A stretch of 64,000 nucleotides of DNA from an uncultured Anaerofilum sp. (GTDB lineage: Bacteria; Bacillota; Clostridia; Oscillospirales; Ruminococcaceae). Of this stretch, positions 35,295-45,579 are shown piece by piece. A model generated the notes under the pieces. That model saw nothing but the letters and a program-made list of their open reading frames with translations, did not search any database and was not told the DNA's origin. A program made the position numbers and the translations under genes. Numbering within the stretch: position 1 is the stretch's first letter; each line of letters begins with the position of its first letter. The stretch is taken from positions 75,426-139,425 of the forward strand of contig CALWZC010000004.1 in NCBI GenBank assembly GCA_944385935.1, given 5' to 3'.

Positions 35295-37226
35295 GTGGCC
35301 ATTGAAAAAATGAAGCTCGTCCGAGTGGATGGGCTGCTCAGTCAGTTGGATGATTTTATCCTGCGATGTTGCATTAATGGTGATTTTCAACCTGAACCTG
35401 CTATCCAGTATATGTCTGCTTCCAGTAAAAACATGTCCTTGGTGGAGGAAAACCCCTATCCACCTATGGTGCAGGCAGTAGAAGAATTGTTTGCTCTGGC
35501 AGAATATACCCCCCAAGAGGATAATAAAACCGAAAAAGAACGTACCATAGACCCCAAAGCCTTGGAAGCAGTGCAAACTGTAAAAGAAGAGTTGAAAGTT
35601 TTACAGCAACAGCAAAAAACACAACAGCGAGAACTGGCACAGCTTCAAGAGCGCAGCAACCAATATTCCCACTTTGAGTCGTTGGAAACTCCCCTAGAGG
35701 AACTGGAGGCGACAAAGTATATCAATATCCGTTTTGGATTTTTGCCGGGAGAGAGCTATCAAAAAATGCAGACCAGTTATGCAGATGACCCTTATGTATT
35801 TTTTGTGCCTTGCAGTCAGGAAAATGGCGGATATTGGGGATTATACTTTACCCCTCATCGGGTAGCAGATGAGATTGATGGCATTTTTTCCATGCTGTAC
35901 TTTGAGAGAATTTCTTTGGAAAACGATACTGGTACAGTAAAAGAAATTATGCAAAAGCTGCAAACACAAATCGACCAGTTGCAGCAAGAACTGGACAAAA
36001 CCAATGCAGCCATACAAAAGTTGTGGGAAGAAAATAAAGAATATTGCATTGGTGTGTACAGCCAGTTGAAATGGTTAGACCAAGTGTTTGAACTGCGGCA
36101 TTATGCAGCTTATCGGGATAACTATTTCTTCTATGTGGGATGGATTCCTGAAAGAGCTGTGCCAGAGTTTAGCAAGCAGGTAAAATCTCTGCGCAATATG
36201 AAAATTACCGTTACCGACCCCAGCAAACAGGACAAAATTGCTCCGCCGGTAAAGTTAAGGAACCTTTTACCCTTCCGGCCCTTTGAGATGTTTGTTGGAA
36301 TGTATGGCCTTCCCAGTTATGGAGAAATGGACATCACCGAATTTGTTGCCATTACATTTACTTTATTGTTTGGCATTATGTTTGGTGATATGGGACAGGG
36401 AGCTGTGCTTGCCATTGGTGCCTTTATCCTGTATAAGTGGAAGGGTATTGCTTTGGCGAAACTGGTTATTCCTTGTGGAATTTCTTCCATGTTCTTTGGG
36501 TTCATTTTCGGTTCGGTATTTGGATTTGAACATTTGCTAGACCCGGTATACCACGCCTTAGGCTGGAAAGGAAAGCCACTGGAAGTAATGGAATCCATCA
36601 ACACAGTGCTATTGGTTGCCATTGGTATTGGTGTTTCCTTGGTAATTGCTTCTATGTTGCTAAATGTTGTCGCTTCTGCACGAAAAGGACATTGGGGAGA
36701 GGCTATCTTCTCCAACAATGGTTTGGTAGGATTGGCAGTGTATATTTCTGGTGTAAACCTAGTAAGTGGATTTATGGGCGGCCCCAGCCCCATCCCTGCG
36801 CAAGTGGGACAATTCCTCATTGGTGCTGGTCTGGTTTTGCTGTTCTTTAAAGAGGTGCTGGTAGGTAAATTTGACGGGCACCCCGACTGGAAACCAGAAA
36901 GCTGGAGCGACTATGCTATGCAGAACTTGTTTGAACTACTGGAATATGTGCTTTCTTATTTTTCAAACACTGTTTCCTTCTTGCGTGTAGGTGCTTTCGT
37001 AATTGTCCATGCTGCTATGATGATGGTGGTATTTAGTCTGGCAGGAGACCCTGCAAACCCTGTGGTTGTGGTATTGGGCAATGCTTTGGTAATCTGTTTG
37101 GAAGGTTTGCTGTCTGGTATTCAGGGATTGCGTTTGGAATTCTATGAAATGTTTAGCCGCTGCTATGAGGGCGGTGGACGTCCTTTCCGGGGAGTTCGTC
37201 TTGCACCGGAAAAACAAAAGCACTAA
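35295..37226 (+). CDS. ntpI: V/A-type ATPase subunit I (a-subunit, 116-kDa family)
   Basis: 643 aa. N-terminal cytoplasmic domain plus a C-terminal multi-TM domain with the conserved LSYFSNTVSFLRVGAFVIVH arginine helix. Start is GTG 35295 or ATG 35310. Confidence 0.9.
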   Translation: MAIEKMKLVRVDGLLSQLDDFILRCCINGDFQPEPAIQYMSASSKNMSLVEENPYPPMVQAVEELFALAEYTPQEDNKTEKERTIDPKALEAVQTVKEELKVLQQQQKTQQRELAQLQERSNQYSHFESLETPLEELEATKYINIRFGFLPGESYQKMQTSYADDPYVFFVPCSQENGGYWGLYFTPHRVADEIDGIFSMLYFERISLENDTGTVKEIMQKLQTQIDQLQQELDKTNAAIQKLWEENKEYCIGVYSQLKWLDQVFELRHYAAYRDNYFFYVGWIPERAVPEFSKQVKSLRNMKITVTDPSKQDKIAPPVKLRNLLPFRPFEMFVGMYGLPSYGEMDITEFVAITFTLLFGIMFGDMGQGAVLAIGAFILYKWKGIALAKLVIPCGISSMFFGFIFGSVFGFEHLLDPVYHALGWKGKPLEVMESINTVLLVAIGIGVSLVIASMLLNVVASARKGHWGEAIFSNNGLVGLAVYISGVNLVSGFMGGPSPIPAQVGQFLIGAGLVLLFFKEVLVGKFDGHPDWKPESWSDYAMQNLFELLEYVLSYFSNTVSFLRVGAFVIVHAAMMMVVFSLAGDPANPVVVVLGNALVICLEGLLSGIQGLRLEFYEMFSRCYEGGGRPFRGVRLAPEKQKH

Positions 37227-37320
37227 GTGCTACTAAATGTTTGCCATGTTTCGCACATTGTGCGATATGGAAAGTGAAAATCACTTTTATAAAATCTTTT
37301 ATCATTTGGAGGAAGAATCT

Positions 37321-37773
37321 ATGAATACTCTGTTTCAACTGTTGTTTGCACTGGCTCCCGTAGCCATTTTGATGGGAGCAACCGCTCTGATTGCTCGCAA
37401 GGTAAGCGCAGGCAAAATTAGTGTGAAGAAGTCCTTTGGTATGAACTTGGCTGTCTTTGGTGTGATTATGGTAGTAGGCTGCATGATGGCTATGACTGTA
37501 TTTGCTGCTGATGGTGCCGCTGCAATGACCGCCGCAGAGCGTGCAGCAAGCAACCAGAGCATGGGTCTGGGTCTGTTGGCTGCTGCATTGGTAACCGGTT
37601 TGGCAGGTATCGGCGGTGGTATCGCTGTTGCCGCAGGTGCTCCTGCTGCTATCGCAGCTGCAAGCGAAGACCCCAAGAGCTTTGGTAAGTCCTTGATTTT
37701 CGTTGCTTTGGGCGAGTCTATTGCATTGTATGGTGTTGTTATCTCCATCTTGATTCTGAACAAGTTGGTATAA
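37321..37773 (+). CDS. ntpK: V/A-type ATPase proteolipid subunit K (c)
   Basis: ATG at 37321 after GGAGGAAG. C-terminal hairpin GLAGIGGGIAVAAGAPAAIAAASEDPKSFGKSLIFVALGESIALYGVVISILIL carries the essential Glu. The N-terminal ~75 aa form two further hydrophobic helices. Confidence 0.85.
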   Translation: MNTLFQLLFALAPVAILMGATALIARKVSAGKISVKKSFGMNLAVFGVIMVVGCMMAMTVFAADGAAAMTAAERAASNQSMGLGLLAAALVTGLAGIGGGIAVAAGAPAAIAAASEDPKSFGKSLIFVALGESIALYGVVISILILNKLV

Positions 37774-37795
37774 GCCGGAAGGAAGGCGAAATCCA

Positions 37796-38104
37796 ATGCG
37801 TTTTTATCTAATCAGTGATAATGTAGATACATTGGTGGGCATGCGTTTGGCAGGCATTGAGGGAGTAGTAGCCCACGAAGATGCCGAGGTACAGCAAGCT
37901 CTGGATGAGGTGCTGAAAGCCGATGATATCGGCATGATTTTGGTTACTGAAAAGTTGATGCGCCAATTTGGTGAGCATTTTGACCAAGTGCGCCAAACCA
38001 TGACAAAGCCCCTAATTGTGGAAATTCCCGACCGGCATGGTGCCGTAAACGGAAAAGACCGCATTACCAAATATGTGCGTGATGCCATTGGCGTCAAGAT
38101 TTGA
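37796..38104 (+). CDS. ntpF: V/A-type ATPase subunit F
   Basis: 102 aa. MRFYLISDNVDTLVGMRLAGIEGV...DIGMILVTEKL is typical of subunit F. Confidence 0.85.
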   Translation: MRFYLISDNVDTLVGMRLAGIEGVVAHEDAEVQQALDEVLKADDIGMILVTEKLMRQFGEHFDQVRQTMTKPLIVEIPDRHGAVNGKDRITKYVRDAIGVKI

Positions 38105-38114
38105 GGTGTAAAGG

Positions 38115-38708
38115 ATGATTCAGCAACAAGAGCGTGCAGAAAAGTTTTTTCGGGCAATTCGCAGAGATGCTGAACGGCGGCGTAAGCAGATTATCAGCCA
38201 AATTGATGAATATATCGCCGCAGAAACCGAAAAAATAGAGCAGGCGGAATTGCAATCTGCCAATGAACGGGTACAATATGAAACCCAACGTATACAATCC
38301 CAAACCAACAGCCAGTTGGCAAAGGAAACCACCGAAATCAGTGCAGAGTTGGCTGCCTACCGTAGCGCAATTACCAAAGAGGTATTTGAACAAGTGGCAC
38401 AGAAGCTGGCAGTATTTGTGAAAAGCCAACAGTATCAGCAATGGTTGTCTGATGGATTGGGCCAAATGGAAAAACTTCTTGGTGCGGGGATGACAGTGTA
38501 TGCTGCCCCTGCTCAGGTGGAACAGGTAGAAAAAGCTGTTGCAATGGCAAAGGTAGACTGTACAGTCAAAGCAGACGAAAACATCCATTTGGGTGGTGTT
38601 CGTGCAGAAAAAGGCAGCAAAAAGGTGGATGACACACTGGACAGCCGCCTGAAAAGTCAAGAGGATTGGTTCTACCAGAACTCTGGTCTTTCCATTGCAA
38701 TTCAGTGA
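38115..38708 (+). CDS. ntpE: V/A-type ATPase subunit E
   Basis: 197 aa. Long N-terminal coiled coil, globular C-terminus (GGVRAEKGSKKVDDTLDSRL), operon position. Confidence 0.8.
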   Translation: MIQQQERAEKFFRAIRRDAERRRKQIISQIDEYIAAETEKIEQAELQSANERVQYETQRIQSQTNSQLAKETTEISAELAAYRSAITKEVFEQVAQKLAVFVKSQQYQQWLSDGLGQMEKLLGAGMTVYAAPAQVEQVEKAVAMAKVDCTVKADENIHLGGVRAEKGSKKVDDTLDSRLKSQEDWFYQNSGLSIAIQ

Positions 38709-38723
38709 AACGAGGTGTAAGCG

Positions 38724-40502
38724 GTGAGTGAACCGATTCGGATTCATGGCATCAATGGCCCAGTTGTTACCATTCAGGGAAAAACTGGCCTTGGCATGAT
38801 GGAAATGGTGTATGTAGGCGACCAGCGACTGGTGGGTGAAGTCATCGGGCTGGATAGCAATAAAACCACCATTCAGGTATATGAGGAAACAGGCGGCCTT
38901 CGTCCCGGTCAGCCAGTATTCTCTACTGGTGGCCCCATGTGTGTAACATTGGGCCCCGGCATTTTAAAAAATATTTACGATGGTATTCAGCGGCCGCTGC
39001 CTGCCATTGAGAAACAATCAGGGGCATTTATTGGCAAGGGTGCCGATGTTCCTGCTCTAGACCCCGATGCAGTATGGGATGTAACTTTGACTGTAAAAGA
39101 GGGGGATACTCTCTCTGCTGGTCAAGTGTACGCCACTTGTCCCGAAACTCCCATCATTCTACATAAATGTATGTTGGCTCCGGGCAAAAGTGGAACCATT
39201 GTATGGGTTGCTCCAAACGGAAGCTACCGAGTCAATGATGTTGTGGCAAAATTGCAACGGCAGGACGGAACCATTGAGGAGTTGACCTTGTGCCAAAAAT
39301 GGCCCATCCGTACTCCTCGCCCAGTAACCAACCGCATGGGTGCAACCCGCCCCTTGATTACTGGTCAGCGTGTAATTGATACCATGTTCCCCATTGCAAA
39401 GGGCGGTGCAGCCGCCATCCCTGGTGGATTTGGTACCGGTAAAACTATGACCCAGCACCAGTTGGCAAAATGGTGTGACGCAGATATTATTATTTACGTG
39501 GGCTGTGGCGAACGTGGTAATGAGATGACACAGGCTTTGACCGAGTTCGGTGAGATTACCGACCCCAAGTCTGGCCGTCCCCTAACAGATAGAACCGTGT
39601 TGATTGCCAATACTTCCAATATGCCTGTGGCTGCCCGTGAGGCTTCCATCTACACAGGCGTTACCTTGGCAGAATATTACCGTGATATGGGCTATCATAC
39701 TGCTATGATGGCAGACTCTACCAGCCGTTGGGCGGAGGCATTGCGTGAAATTAGCGGACGTTTGGAAGAAATGCCTGCGGATGAAGGCTTCCCCGCATAT
39801 CTGCCCAGCCGTTTGGCAGAGTTTTACGAGCGTGCAGGTTATGTGTCTACCTTGAACGGGCAAGAAGGTTCTGTCACCTTGATTGGTGCAGTTAGCCCAC
39901 AGGGTTCCGACTTTTCCGAGCCTGTTACCCAGAATACAAAGCGGTTTACCCGTTGTTTCTGGGCATTGGATAAGGCATTGGCTTATGCTCGTCACTATCC
40001 GGCCATCAACTGGAACGACAGCTACTCAGAGTATACCAGCGATTTGGCACATTGGTACTATGACCATGTAGGCCCTGACTTTATGGCTTACCGTGAGGAA
40101 TTGGCAGGAATTTTGTTGCAGGAAAACAGCTTGATGGAGATTGTAAAGCTGATTGGTTCCGATGTATTGCCCGATGACCAAAAACTGGTTATTGAGATTG
40201 CTCGTGTGGTTCGGGTAGGATTCTTGCAGCAAAATGCTTTCCACAAGGATGACACCTTTGTACCTATGGAAAAGCAATTAAAAATGATGCAGGTAATTTT
40301 GCACCTGTATCACAAATGCCAAGATATTGTGGCACGACAGGTGCCCCTTTCCCAGATTATTAAATTGGGATTGTTTGATAAAGTGATTAAGATTAAATAT
40401 GATGTACCCAATGACCAACTAGATTTGCTGGATGGGTATATCACAGAAATCAATCAGGCGTTGGGGCAGTTCCTCAACACCGATTACAGAAAGGGGGAAT
40501 AA
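38724..40502 (+). CDS. ntpA: V/A-type ATPase catalytic subunit A
   Basis: 592 aa, GTG start. P-loop PGGFGTGKT, non-homologous insert region, [27 protein letters not shown]. Confidence 0.97.
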   Translation: MSEPIRIHGINGPVVTIQGKTGLGMMEMVYVGDQRLVGEVIGLDSNKTTIQVYEETGGLRPGQPVFSTGGPMCVTLGPGILKNIYDGIQRPLPAIEKQSGAFIGKGADVPALDPDAVWDVTLTVKEGDTLSAGQVYATCPETPIILHKCMLAPGKSGTIVWVAPNGSYRVNDVVAKLQRQDGTIEELTLCQKWPIRTPRPVTNRMGATRPLITGQRVIDTMFPIAKGGAAAIPGGFGTGKTMTQHQLAKWCDADIIIYVGCGERGNEMTQALTEFGEITDPKSGRPLTDRTVLIANTSNMPVAAREASIYTGVTLAEYYRDMGYHTAMMADSTSRWAEALREISGRLEEMPADEGFPAYLPSRLAEFYERAGYVSTLNGQEGSVTLIGAVSPQGSDFSEPVTQNTKRFTRCFWALDKALAYARHYPAINWNDSYSEYTSDLAHWYYDHVGPDFMAYREELAGILLQENSLMEIVKLIGSDVLPDDQKLVIEIARVVRVGFLQQNAFHKDDTFVPMEKQLKMMQVILHLYHKCQDIVARQVPLSQIIKLGLFDKVIKIKYDVPNDQLDLLDGYITEINQALGQFLNTDYRKGE

Positions 40503-40505
40503 GGG

Positions 40506-41882
40506 ATGATTCTGGAGCATATTGGTCTTTCTCAGATTAACGGTTCTCTGGTAGTTCTAGATGATGTGGAAGATGCCAGCTATGATGAAATGGTGGAAAT
40601 GCACCTAGACGACGGCAGCCACCGTGTAGGCCGTGTGGTTATGATTGAAGGTAGTCGTATTGTTGTTCAGGTGTTTGAGGGAACCCGTGGTCTTTCTTTG
40701 GATAATACCCGCACCGTACTTACCGGCCATCCCATGGAAATTGACCTTTCCCCGGAAATTTTGGGCCGTACCTTTGATGGATTGGGTCGCCCCATTGATG
40801 GCATGGGAGCCATCTTCCCACAGGTTCGCCGGGATGTAAATGGTTCGCCCATCAACCCCGTTTCCCGTGTCTATCCCCGAAACTACATTCGTACTGGTAT
40901 TTCCAGTATTGACTGCTTAGCCACCTTGATTCGTGGTCAAAAACTGCCCATTTTCTCTGGTTCCGGTATGAAACACAACGAATTGGCAGTACAGATTGTA
41001 CAGCAGGCAAATGTATCGGATGGAAGTGAATTTGCCATCGTATTTGCGGCAATGGGTGTAAAAAACGATGTAGCGGAGTACTTTAAGTCCAGTTTTGAAA
41101 AAGCCAATGTTATGGACAGGGTTGTTATGCTGCTAAATTTGGCAAATGACCCCATCATTGAACGTATTTTGACCCCCCGTTGTGCATTGACTATTGCAGA
41201 GTATCTTGCCTTTGATTTGGGCATGAATATTCTGGTGGTTATGACCGATATGAGTAGTTATTGTGAGGCGTTGCGTGAGTTCTCCTCCTCCAAAGGAGAG
41301 ATTCCAGGAAGAAAAGGCTTCCCCGGCTACCTCTACTCCGACCTTGCCAGCTTGTATGAACGTGCCGGCATTGTGCAGGGCAAAAAGGGTTCTGTGACTC
41401 AGATTCCCATTTTGACTATGCCTGGTGATGATATTACTCACCCTATTCCTGACTTGACCGGATATATCACCGAAGGCCAGATTGTTTTGGATAGAAGTCT
41501 GGATGCTACTGGTGTATATCCTCCTGTTAGTGTGTTGCCTAGCTTGTCCCGTCTGATGAAGGACGGCATTGGCGCAGGCTATACCCGCGATGACCATTCG
41601 GCATTGTCTAACCAGTTGTTTGCATTGTATGCCCGTGTGCAGGATGCAAAGGCATTGGCCAGTGTTATTGGTGAAGATGAGCTTAGTCCGGCTGACAAGC
41701 GAGTATTGCAATTTGGTAAAGCCTTTGAACAGCGTTTTGTAGGGCAAGGCTTTACCAACCGAACCATGGAAGAAACCCTAGATTTGGGCTGGGAGCTGTT
41801 GGGTATGCTTGACCGCAGCGAGCTTGACCGTGTGGATGATGCTATCCTAGACCAGCACTACAAGCCCTATCAGGCGGAATAA
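40506..41882 (+). CDS. ntpB: V/A-type ATPase subunit B
   Basis: 458 aa. [53 protein letters not shown]. Confidence 0.97.
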   Translation: MILEHIGLSQINGSLVVLDDVEDASYDEMVEMHLDDGSHRVGRVVMIEGSRIVVQVFEGTRGLSLDNTRTVLTGHPMEIDLSPEILGRTFDGLGRPIDGMGAIFPQVRRDVNGSPINPVSRVYPRNYIRTGISSIDCLATLIRGQKLPIFSGSGMKHNELAVQIVQQANVSDGSEFAIVFAAMGVKNDVAEYFKSSFEKANVMDRVVMLLNLANDPIIERILTPRCALTIAEYLAFDLGMNILVVMTDMSSYCEALREFSSSKGEIPGRKGFPGYLYSDLASLYERAGIVQGKKGSVTQIPILTMPGDDITHPIPDLTGYITEGQIVLDRSLDATGVYPPVSVLPSLSRLMKDGIGAGYTRDDHSALSNQLFALYARVQDAKALASVIGEDELSPADKRVLQFGKAFEQRFVGQGFTNRTMEETLDLGWELLGMLDRSELDRVDDAILDQHYKPYQAE

Positions 41883-41915
41883 TGCCTTTAGGCTGGGGCA
41901 AGGAGGGAAAGCAAC

Positions 41916-42542
41916 ATGGCACAACAGGTATTTCCTACAAAAAGCAATCTAATGGCAACCAAAAAAAGCCTTGCTCTGTCCAAACAGGGCTATGAACTCA
42001 TGGACCGCAAACGAAACATTTTGGTGCGGGAAATGATGCAGTTGATTGACCGTGCTGCTGAGATTCAAACAAAAATCGAGGTAGCATATTCCAGTGCATA
42101 CCGCGCTTTGCAGCGAGCCAATGTAACACTGGGAATGGTTGGCAAATTTGCCAACAGTGTGCCCCAAGAGGAAGGCTTACAACTGGAGTTTCGCAGTGTA
42201 ATGGGTGTGGAATTGCCCATCGTAAAGCTGGAAAGCCAGCAGCCAACACAGTTTTACTATGGATTGTACTCCACCAACAGCCAGCTTGATGATGTATATG
42301 AGCAGTTTGAGGAAGTAAAGCGGTTGACTGTGGAATTGGCAGAAGTAGAGGGAAGTGTTTATCGTCTTGCGGTAGCCATCAAAAAGACCCAAAAACGAGC
42401 CAATGCCTTAAATAACATTATGATTCCGAAATTCACTGCCACTATCAAGTTTATTACAGAGGCTTTGGAGGAAAAGGAGAGAGAGGAATTTTCTCGCCTA
42501 AAGGTTATTAAAAGCCAAAAGGACAAGGCCGAACAACAGTAA
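41916..42542 (+). CDS. ntpD: V/A-type ATPase subunit D
   Basis: 208 aa. VFPTKSNLMATKKSLALSKQGYELMDRKRNILVREMM and C-terminal ALEEKEREEFSRLK. Confidence 0.93.
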   Translation: MAQQVFPTKSNLMATKKSLALSKQGYELMDRKRNILVREMMQLIDRAAEIQTKIEVAYSSAYRALQRANVTLGMVGKFANSVPQEEGLQLEFRSVMGVELPIVKLESQQPTQFYYGLYSTNSQLDDVYEQFEEVKRLTVELAEVEGSVYRLAVAIKKTQKRANALNNIMIPKFTATIKFITEALEEKEREEFSRLKVIKSQKDKAEQQ

Positions 42543-42561
42543 TTTGTTGCCATAAAAACAG

Positions 42562-42605
42562 CACCTTATTTTTTGCCACTGTAGCAAAGAATAGGGTGTT
42601 TTTTG
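42562..42605 (+). terminator. Rho-independent terminator after the V-ATPase operon
   Basis: CACCTTATT / AATAGGGTG outer stem with one G-U pair, inner TTGC...GCAA pairing, followed by a T7 run. Confidence 0.65.
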
Positions 42606-42674
42606 TATTGCAATTACCTGTGGAAAAAATAGGGTGTGTATGATACAATAGACAAAAATCAAAGGAGGACAAGA

Positions 42675-43421
42675 ATGCATAAAGAACGATTTGGAATGCT
42701 GGACGGATTGCGAGGGTTTGCCCTTGCCAATATGATTATTTATCATACATTGTATGATATTGTGTATATCTTTGGTCATCCTATGGCATGGTATCAAGGC
42801 ACAGCAGGATATTTATGGCAACAAAGCATTTGTTGGTGCTTTATTTTGCTTTCTGGCTTTTGTTTTTCTATGGGCAGTCGTCCTCTCAAGCGGGGAGCAA
42901 TGATTTTCGCTTTTGGGTGTGCCATTAGTTTGATAACTGCTGTGATGATGCCAGAACAACAGGTATGCTTTGGAATTTTAAGCCTTGTGGGAAGCAGTAT
43001 GATGATTACCTATCTTACAGAACCTTTTTTGAAGGGTGTAAAACCACTGTTGGGCTTGTTTATTTGCTTTGGTGTGTTTTTGATAACAAAGTCTGTTCCA
43101 ATGGGTGGCATTGGTGTAGGAGATAACATAGTATCAACCTTGCCCCATGTTCTTTACCAGTGGGAGTGGGGCTATCCATTGGGGTTCCCCAGTGCAGGCT
43201 TTTTCTCCAGCGATTATTTTCCCTTGTTGCCATGGCTGTTTTTGTATTGGACTGGATGGTATGGAAAAAGAGTGGTGGGGGATTTATCCAGATTTTCGTG
43301 GTTAAAGCCCACACCGCCAATACTGGGATGGATGGGGAAAAATAGCATTTGGTTGTATCTTGTCCATCAACCGGTGGTTTACATCATTCTATTTCTACTA
43401 AACCAATGGAAGATTGTATAA
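42675..43421 (+). CDS. DUF1624 / heparan-alpha-glucosaminide N-acetyltransferase-like membrane protein
   Basis: ATG at 42675 after AAAGGAGG. N-terminus RFGMLDGLRGFALANMIIYH is typical of DUF1624 acyltransferase-like proteins. Multi-TM. Confidence 0.7.
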   Translation: MHKERFGMLDGLRGFALANMIIYHTLYDIVYIFGHPMAWYQGTAGYLWQQSICWCFILLSGFCFSMGSRPLKRGAMIFAFGCAISLITAVMMPEQQVCFGILSLVGSSMMITYLTEPFLKGVKPLLGLFICFGVFLITKSVPMGGIGVGDNIVSTLPHVLYQWEWGYPLGFPSAGFFSSDYFPLLPWLFLYWTGWYGKRVVGDLSRFSWLKPTPPILGWMGKNSIWLYLVHQPVVYIILFLLNQWKIV

Positions 43422-43549
43422 AAGACATGTGGCAAAATATCTGATTTTTTTTGTCCAATTGTGGAACAAAATAGTTACTCTTTGCAAAAAGAAAGTTTGC
43501 GCAGTATAATGAGGGCAAAGAAAAGATAATTTTGCAAGGAGGGTTATTT

Positions 43550-44959
43550 TTGCAGAAGAAAAATATTTTGTGGATTATGACCGACCAACACCGCTTTGAT
43601 GGTCTTTCCTGCATGGGAGGGCTTTCGGGGCTAACACCACACTTGGATGCACTGGCAGCAGATGGCATTGTTTTTGAAAATTGCTATACACCGTCCCCAG
43701 TGTGTGGACCTGCCCGCACTGCGCTAAAAAGTGGCCGCTTTCCAGCCGCTTGTGGGGCAGTAAAAAACTGGGTTCCCAGCCATTCTCCCGACTGGCTTCC
43801 TGAACGGTTGCAAAAGGTTGGATACCACACAGGCATGGCAGGAAAACTCCATATTTGCCCTTGTGAGGAAAATTATGGCTTTGATTGGAAAGTCCTCAGC
43901 GATGCGCCCTATTCGGTATATGCCAACGATGACAAACATTCCAAATACATAGAGTGGTTGCGTGAAAAATGGAATGGAAAAGACCCAGTTCCTCTCTTTG
44001 ATAAGGACGAGTCCTCCTATGACAATGATTTCTACCATTTTTGTGCCGGAAGCGGATTCCGCACTGTAGAAGAGCATGAAACAGGCTGGACTACAGACCA
44101 ATTTTTCCGCTATTTAGAGGAACGAGATAAGCAAAAGCCATTTTTCTTTTTCCTGTCCTACTTTGGGCCCCATCATCCTTATTTGCCGCCGGCTCCCTAT
44201 GATAGCTGGATTGCTGCGGAGGATGTTCAGCTTCCCCAAAGCTACTATGATGACCTGATGAAAGACCATCCTGTTTTTGAACGGACAGCCCGTGTACTAC
44301 GAGAAAAAGTAAAGGCAGAGTTGACAGAAGAACAGGTAAAACAGTTGGTAGCCCAATATTATGGTCAAATTAAAATGCTGGATGATTCCATCGGGCAAGC
44401 AATCGAAACCCTAAAACAGCAAGGACTATATGAGGATACCACAATCATTTTCACCTCTGACCACGGCGACCATATGGCACAATATGGTCTATTTTTCAAA
44501 AGCCAAATGTATGACTCCTGCTGCAAGGTTCCCTTGATTATCAAGCCGGCTGGAGGTTGCGTTCCCTTCCGCACAAAACAGGTGGTAAGTAGTTTGGATT
44601 TGTATGGAACCATTTTGGATTTGGCAGAGGACAAAGACTGGAGAAAACCAGATGTGGAGGCAGGTTCTCTGGTTCCCTTGACACAGGAAAACTTTGAACA
44701 AGAAGGAGAGGCGTACTCCATCTATGGCCCCAATCATGACAAAGCACTGGCAATGCTGCGGCAAGGGCCTTGGAAATTGATTCGTTTGGCAGATGGCAGC
44801 AAAACACAAGCCGTTTATGAACTGTACAACATGGAGCAAGACCCACAAGAAACAAAGGATTTATACCCCAACCAAAAAGATACAGAACTTTGCAAACAAC
44901 TGCAAAACAAGCTAGATGATTGGTTCTATGCACAATATGACCGGTATCCCAAACTGTAA
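43550..44959 (+). CDS. Cys-type sulfatase (arylsulfatase family), no signal peptide
   Basis: NILWIMTDQHR, sulfatase signature SPVCGPARTALKSGRFP (C-x-P-x-R), TSDHGDH. I chose the TTG at 43550, 7 nt after AAGGAGGG. The ORF track begins at 43532. Confidence 0.85.
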   Translation: MQKKNILWIMTDQHRFDGLSCMGGLSGLTPHLDALAADGIVFENCYTPSPVCGPARTALKSGRFPAACGAVKNWVPSHSPDWLPERLQKVGYHTGMAGKLHICPCEENYGFDWKVLSDAPYSVYANDDKHSKYIEWLREKWNGKDPVPLFDKDESSYDNDFYHFCAGSGFRTVEEHETGWTTDQFFRYLEERDKQKPFFFFLSYFGPHHPYLPPAPYDSWIAAEDVQLPQSYYDDLMKDHPVFERTARVLREKVKAELTEEQVKQLVAQYYGQIKMLDDSIGQAIETLKQQGLYEDTTIIFTSDHGDHMAQYGLFFKSQMYDSCCKVPLIIKPAGGCVPFRTKQVVSSLDLYGTILDLAEDKDWRKPDVEAGSLVPLTQENFEQEGEAYSIYGPNHDKALAMLRQGPWKLIRLADGSKTQAVYELYNMEQDPQETKDLYPNQKDTELCKQLQNKLDDWFYAQYDRYPKL

Positions 44960-44996
44960 CAACTTGCAGAAAAAACGGATTTTTTTATAAAATCCC

Positions 44997-45146
44997 TTGC
45001 ATTTTATTGGGAATTATGATATCCTATTAGGGCGTTAGTGTCCGCTGGCTCCACCAGTGGGGTTAATGTAAATCATTAAACGGATGGTCCTCTGACGGCA
45101 GAATTGTCGGGTATGAACATCTTATAAAAAATGGAGGATGAATAGA
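44997..45146 (+). promoter_or_regulatory. rplS promoter plus ~115-nt structured leader (possible L19 autoregulatory leader)
   Basis: TTGCAT (44997-45002), 17-nt spacer, extended -10 TGaTATCCT (45017-45025). Hairpin CCGCTGG-CTCCA-CCAGTGG at 45042-45060. No homology search was possible. Confidence 0.3.
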
Positions 45147-45491
45147 ATGGACGCAATGAAGATTATCACCGAAGGCATGATTAAAGAGAACCGCCCCGAG
45201 TTTAACGTAGGTGACACTGTTCGTGTTTCTGTACGTATTAAGGAAGGCGAGCGTGAGCGTATTCAGGCTTTCGAAGGAACCGTTATCGCAAAGAAACATG
45301 GCGGTGTTGCTGAGACCTTTACCGTTCGCCGCACCTCTTATGGCGTTGGCGTAGAGCGTGTATTCCCTGTAAACTCTCCCTTTGTTGAGAAGGTTGAAGT
45401 AGTTCGTAAGGGTAAAGTTCGCCGTGCAAAATTGTTCTACCTGCGCAGCCGTACTGGTAAGGCAGCTAAGGTTAAAGAGCAGATTCGATAA
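45147..45491 (+). CDS. rplS: 50S ribosomal protein L19
   Basis: [37 protein letters not shown]...TFTVRR...[10 protein letters not shown] chose the ATG at 45147, 9 nt after GGAGG. The ORF track starts at 45138. Confidence 0.95.
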   Translation: MDAMKIITEGMIKENRPEFNVGDTVRVSVRIKEGERERIQAFEGTVIAKKHGGVAETFTVRRTSYGVGVERVFPVNSPFVEKVEVVRKGKVRRAKLFYLRSRTGKAAKVKEQIR

Positions 45492-45579
45492 TCAAGGCGC
45501 AAAAAGGGGGAGCAGCCACAGGTTGTTCCCCCTGTTTTTGTTTTTTATGGAAAACAGGAAGGATAAAGGAGGAAATGCC

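Noticed and set aside
38094-38747. 217-aa minus-strand ORF
   Set aside because: It is antisense to ntpE and the start of ntpA, with no motifs.
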